From the NCBI GenBank assembly GCA_963765675.1, contig CAVXXK010000003.1, positions 32,001-96,000 of the forward strand: DNA of 64,000 bases, in the 5' to 3' direction. Shown here in pieces: positions 61,153-64,000 of the stretch. This DNA is from an uncultured delta proteobacterium (GTDB lineage: Bacteria > Desulfobacterota > Binatia > Binatales > Binataceae). Both the position numbers and the translations under genes were made by a program. Numbering within the stretch: position 1 is the first letter of the stretch; each line of letters begins with the position of its first letter. Under the pieces are notes generated by a model, which saw only the letters and a list, made by a program, of their open reading frames with translations, did no database searches and was not told the origin of the DNA.

Positions 61153-61629
61153 TCAGCTCGCGCTCGAGGACTGCAGCTGGATGTAGTTTTCGATTCCGAT
61201 CTGGTTGATCAGGTCGGACTGGACCTCGAGGAAATCGATGCTCTTCTCTTCCTCGTGCATGATTTCGGTGAGCAAATCGCGCGTAACGTAATCCTTTACC
61301 AATTCAGAGTGCGCGACCGCGGCGCGAAAATCGCCGATCGCCTTGATCTCCAGCTTGAGATCGCACTCGAGCACTTCCTTCACGTTCTCGCCGATGAGCA
61401 ACCGATCCAGGTCCTGTAGATTTGGCAGCCCTTCGAGAAACAGGATGCGCTCGATGATCCGGTCGGCATGCTTCATCTCGGTGATCGATTCGTCGCGCTC
61501 GTACTTACCCAGCCTGGTGACGCCCCAATGTTCGAGCTGCTTGGCGTGGAGAAAATATTGATTGATCGCGGTCAGCTCGTTGCGCAGGACCGTATTGAGA
61601 AACTGCAATACTTGAGGATCACCCTTCAC
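61153..61629 (-). CDS. bfr: Bacterioferritin
   Basis: MKGD, ELTAINQYFLH, EMKHAD (heme Met52) and RILFLEG.PN. Confidence 0.95.
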   Translation of the reverse strand: MKGDPQVLQFLNTVLRNELTAINQYFLHAKQLEHWGVTRLGKYERDESITEMKHADRIIERILFLEGLPNLQDLDRLLIGENVKEVLECDLKLEIKAIGDFRAAVAHSELVKDYVTRDLLTEIMHEEEKSIDFLEVQSDLINQIGIENYIQLQSSSAS

Positions 61630-61702
61630 GGAATCTTCTCCCAGAAGACGCGGCGATGAATGCGTTTATTGTAGGGACAAACGAATGCGAGCGAAACCGG
61701 GA

Positions 61703-61921
61703 TTAACGAGCTGCGGCGGAGCTTTGCGGTGCGGAACTTTCCTGCGCGGCTTCAATCGAGCTGGACTGTGCGTCAAGAATCTCGCGAACAACCGGCACGC
61801 ATTTTCCGCACTTGAGCGTCACGCCCAAAGCGCGATAGAACGCTGCCACCGAGCATCCAGAGGCGGGACACTGGGAACGTGCCTGGCGGTCAGTGATTGC
61901 ATTGCAGATGCATAGGTACAT
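61703..61921 (-). CDS. bfd: Bacterioferritin-associated ferredoxin
   Basis: MYLCICNAITD...CGKC. Confidence 0.88.
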   Translation of the reverse strand: MYLCICNAITDRQARSQCPASGCSVAAFYRALGVTLKCGKCVPVVREILDAQSSSIEAAQESSAPQSSAAAR

Positions 61922-61967
61922 CGGTGATAGGTCCTCGTGGTTTCGCTTGGGCAGGTCTTCTTGATTG

Positions 61968-61982
61968 TGAGAATGATTATCA
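61968..61982. promoter_or_regulatory. Fur box
   Basis: TGAGAAT-G-ATTATCA (7-1-7 consensus, one mismatch), upstream of bfd. Confidence 0.8.
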
Positions 61983-62176
61983 ATTTCTAACACAAATGCA
62001 ACCGCTCGTCTATATTCGCCCTAATTCCACCCGGATTTTCCCGATTTTTTCGTGTGCTCGAGCGCCACTTGCGCGACGTGCTGTGTTCGCGGATTCATAC
62101 TCCGCTAGAACGATAGTATCCTGATCGCTTCCGGCCGCGCCGCCTTCAAAGCGGCGGGACGCAAGGGAGACCATCC

Positions 62177-63283
62177 ATGAGCGTCGAGTTTATAGGCATG
62201 ATCGGCACGCAACCGGGCTCCGAGATTCATCCTCCCAGCGGACCCGCGATCGATATCGACTATGTGCGGCGCTTCGCGCAGGCCCACGAGCAATCGGGCT
62301 TCGATCGAATACTCATCGGCTACTTCTCGAACGCAGCGGACGGATTCGTGGTTGCGTCCTACGCGGCATTCGTCACGGAAAAGCTAGCCTTGATGCTGGC
62401 GCATCGGCCGGGCTTCGTCGCGCCGACTCTGGCCGCGCGCAAGCTCGCGACCCTCGATCAATTCAGTGGCGGAAGGCTCGCGGTGCACATCATTTCCGGC
62501 GGCGACGACGCGGACCAGCGCAAGGACGGAGATTTCCTGGCGCACGACGAACGCTATGCGCGCACCGACGAATACGTCGAGATTCTTCGCCGCATCTGGA
62601 CTGCGAACAAGCCAATCGATCACGAGGGCAAGTACTACAACTTCAAGCACTCGTTCTCCGCGGTGAAGCCGGTGCAGCAGCCGCATATTCCAATCTACTT
62701 CGGCGGCTCGTCGGACGCGGCGATCGAAATCGCCGGCAAGCACGCCGATGTTTACGCGCTCTGGGGCGAGCCTCTCGCTGAAGCCGCACGGACAATTGCG
62801 CGCGTGCGAGCGTCGGCGGCGCGCTTTGGACGCAGCGTGAGGTTCAGCCTCTCGACCCGGCCGATCTTAGCTTCAACCGAAGAGGCGGCATGGGCGCGGG
62901 CCAGAAAAGTCATCGAAACGATCCGCGAGATCCGCGGACAAGCGAAGCTCGGAAGTGCGAAGAAGGAACCGCAGGCGATCGGATCGCAGCGGCTCCTGGC
63001 GGCCGCAGCGCAGGGCGAGGTGCTCGACACGCGCCTGTGGACGGCGGTGGCCGCGGCGACCGGCGCTCGCGGCAATACGACCGCGCTGGTTGGAACTCCT
63101 GAACAGGTCGGCGAGGCGATGCTCAAGTATTACGACCTTGGCGTGACGACGTTTCTGATTCGCGGCTTCGACCCGCTCGAGGACGCGATCGACTATGGCC
63201 GCGAGCTGATTCCTTTCGTGCGTCATGCGACCGCGCGCCGCGAAGAGTCCCTCGGCAAAGCCGCTAGCCGAGCGGCAGGATAG
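62177..63283 (+). CDS. LLM flavin-dependent monooxygenase (SsuD/MsuD-like)
   Basis: AHRPGFVAPT..AR..ATLD, HDERY, YFGGSS, WGEP and ALVGTPEQV motifs. Confidence 0.88.
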   Translation: MSVEFIGMIGTQPGSEIHPPSGPAIDIDYVRRFAQAHEQSGFDRILIGYFSNAADGFVVASYAAFVTEKLALMLAHRPGFVAPTLAARKLATLDQFSGGRLAVHIISGGDDADQRKDGDFLAHDERYARTDEYVEILRRIWTANKPIDHEGKYYNFKHSFSAVKPVQQPHIPIYFGGSSDAAIEIAGKHADVYALWGEPLAEAARTIARVRASAARFGRSVRFSLSTRPILASTEEAAWARARKVIETIREIRGQAKLGSAKKEPQAIGSQRLLAAAAQGEVLDTRLWTAVAAATGARGNTTALVGTPEQVGEAMLKYYDLGVTTFLIRGFDPLEDAIDYGRELIPFVRHATARREESLGKAASRAAG

Positions 63284-63292
63284 GAACGCAAA

Positions 63293-63877
63293 ATGTCTTC
63301 CAAACTGTTGGCGATAGTGGGGAGCGTTACTCCTCCGGGGCGTTTACTCAAAGCGACGCGATGGATGCTCGACGCCGCGCACGCGGAGCACCCGGAAATC
63401 GAGGTCGAGTTGATCAACCTGGCCGACCAGAGGATAGCCTTTGCCGACGGACGACCGCCCGAACAATACAAAGACGACACGGCACGCGTCGTCGAGAGTG
63501 TGCGGTCGGCCACTGGCGTGGTCATTGCCAGCCCGGTTTACCGCGGATCGTTCACCGGTGCGCTCAAGAATCTCCTTGACCATCTGCCGATCGAAACGCT
63601 CGGCGGAAAGCCGGTTGGAATCATCGCGATGGGCGCGACACAGCATCATTTTCTCGGCGTTGATTGGCATCTGCGCGACGTCCTTGCCTGGTTCGGCGCG
63701 ATCGCGGTTCCGACCAGCGTCTACCTGGTCTCGGCGGATTTTGTCGAAGGCGAATTGTCCGAAAGTGCGAAACGGGATTTGAAAGATCTCGCCGACGCGG
63801 TGATTAAGTTGCAGGAGATCGCGCCTTCCGGCGGCAAATTCCTGGGACCACGGCCGCTCGCAGGCCGCCGAGGCTGA
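63293..63877 (+). CDS. NAD(P)H-dependent FMN reductase (SsuE/MsuE-like)
   Basis: GS start, SPVYRGSFTGALKNLLD, and GKPV. Confidence 0.9.
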   Translation: MSSKLLAIVGSVTPPGRLLKATRWMLDAAHAEHPEIEVELINLADQRIAFADGRPPEQYKDDTARVVESVRSATGVVIASPVYRGSFTGALKNLLDHLPIETLGGKPVGIIAMGATQHHFLGVDWHLRDVLAWFGAIAVPTSVYLVSADFVEGELSESAKRDLKDLADAVIKLQEIAPSGGKFLGPRPLAGRRG

Positions 63878-64000
63878 CATCCGGATATGCGCCGATTGAG
63901 TATTCGTCCTACGCTTTCCGGGTGCGAGTTGTTATCTACAGAACACCTTACGCAGCGATTCTCACTTTATCGACGGAACTAAATTTACTGGAAAATCGGG

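Overview
High-GC bacterial chromosome window. Gene order and content resemble a deltaproteobacteria-like soil organism, possibly Ca. Binatota (inference). Left part (1-29 kb) is mostly core genes: ArnT-like glycosyltransferase, nnr, an oppositely oriented pdxJ, the tilS-ftsH-folP-cdaA-cdaR-glmM operon, a NiCoT transporter, cbpA/cbpM, a decayed hicBA pair, a ccm cytochrome c maturation operon with a CxxxY-type CcmE, lpxA-yacG and glgB. Middle (29-48 kb): a hairpin-flanked DUF559 pseudogene, a sigma54 two-component locus with three -24/-12 promoters, and catabolic genes (two Rieske oxygenases, LLM, ACAD pair, FAH, ThDP enzyme, MFS). Right part (48-64 kb) is an accessory-looking zone around tRNA-Gly(CCC): Nat1-like pseudogene, Phd-RelE/ParE TA, Pat-like GNAT, secreted phosphoesterase, GLIC/ELIC-type pentameric ligand-gated ion channel, type-B carboxylesterase relic, P-type ATPase, ECF sigma pair, Fur-boxed bfd-bfr (Bfr with H130S) and ssuD/ssuE-like genes. 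REP/REPIN-like palindromes recur in intergenic gaps. Many frameshifts are visible; some are likely true decay and some may be assembly indels. No CRISPR, rRNA, integrase or intact transposase was seen. All calls come from motif recognition; no searches were run.
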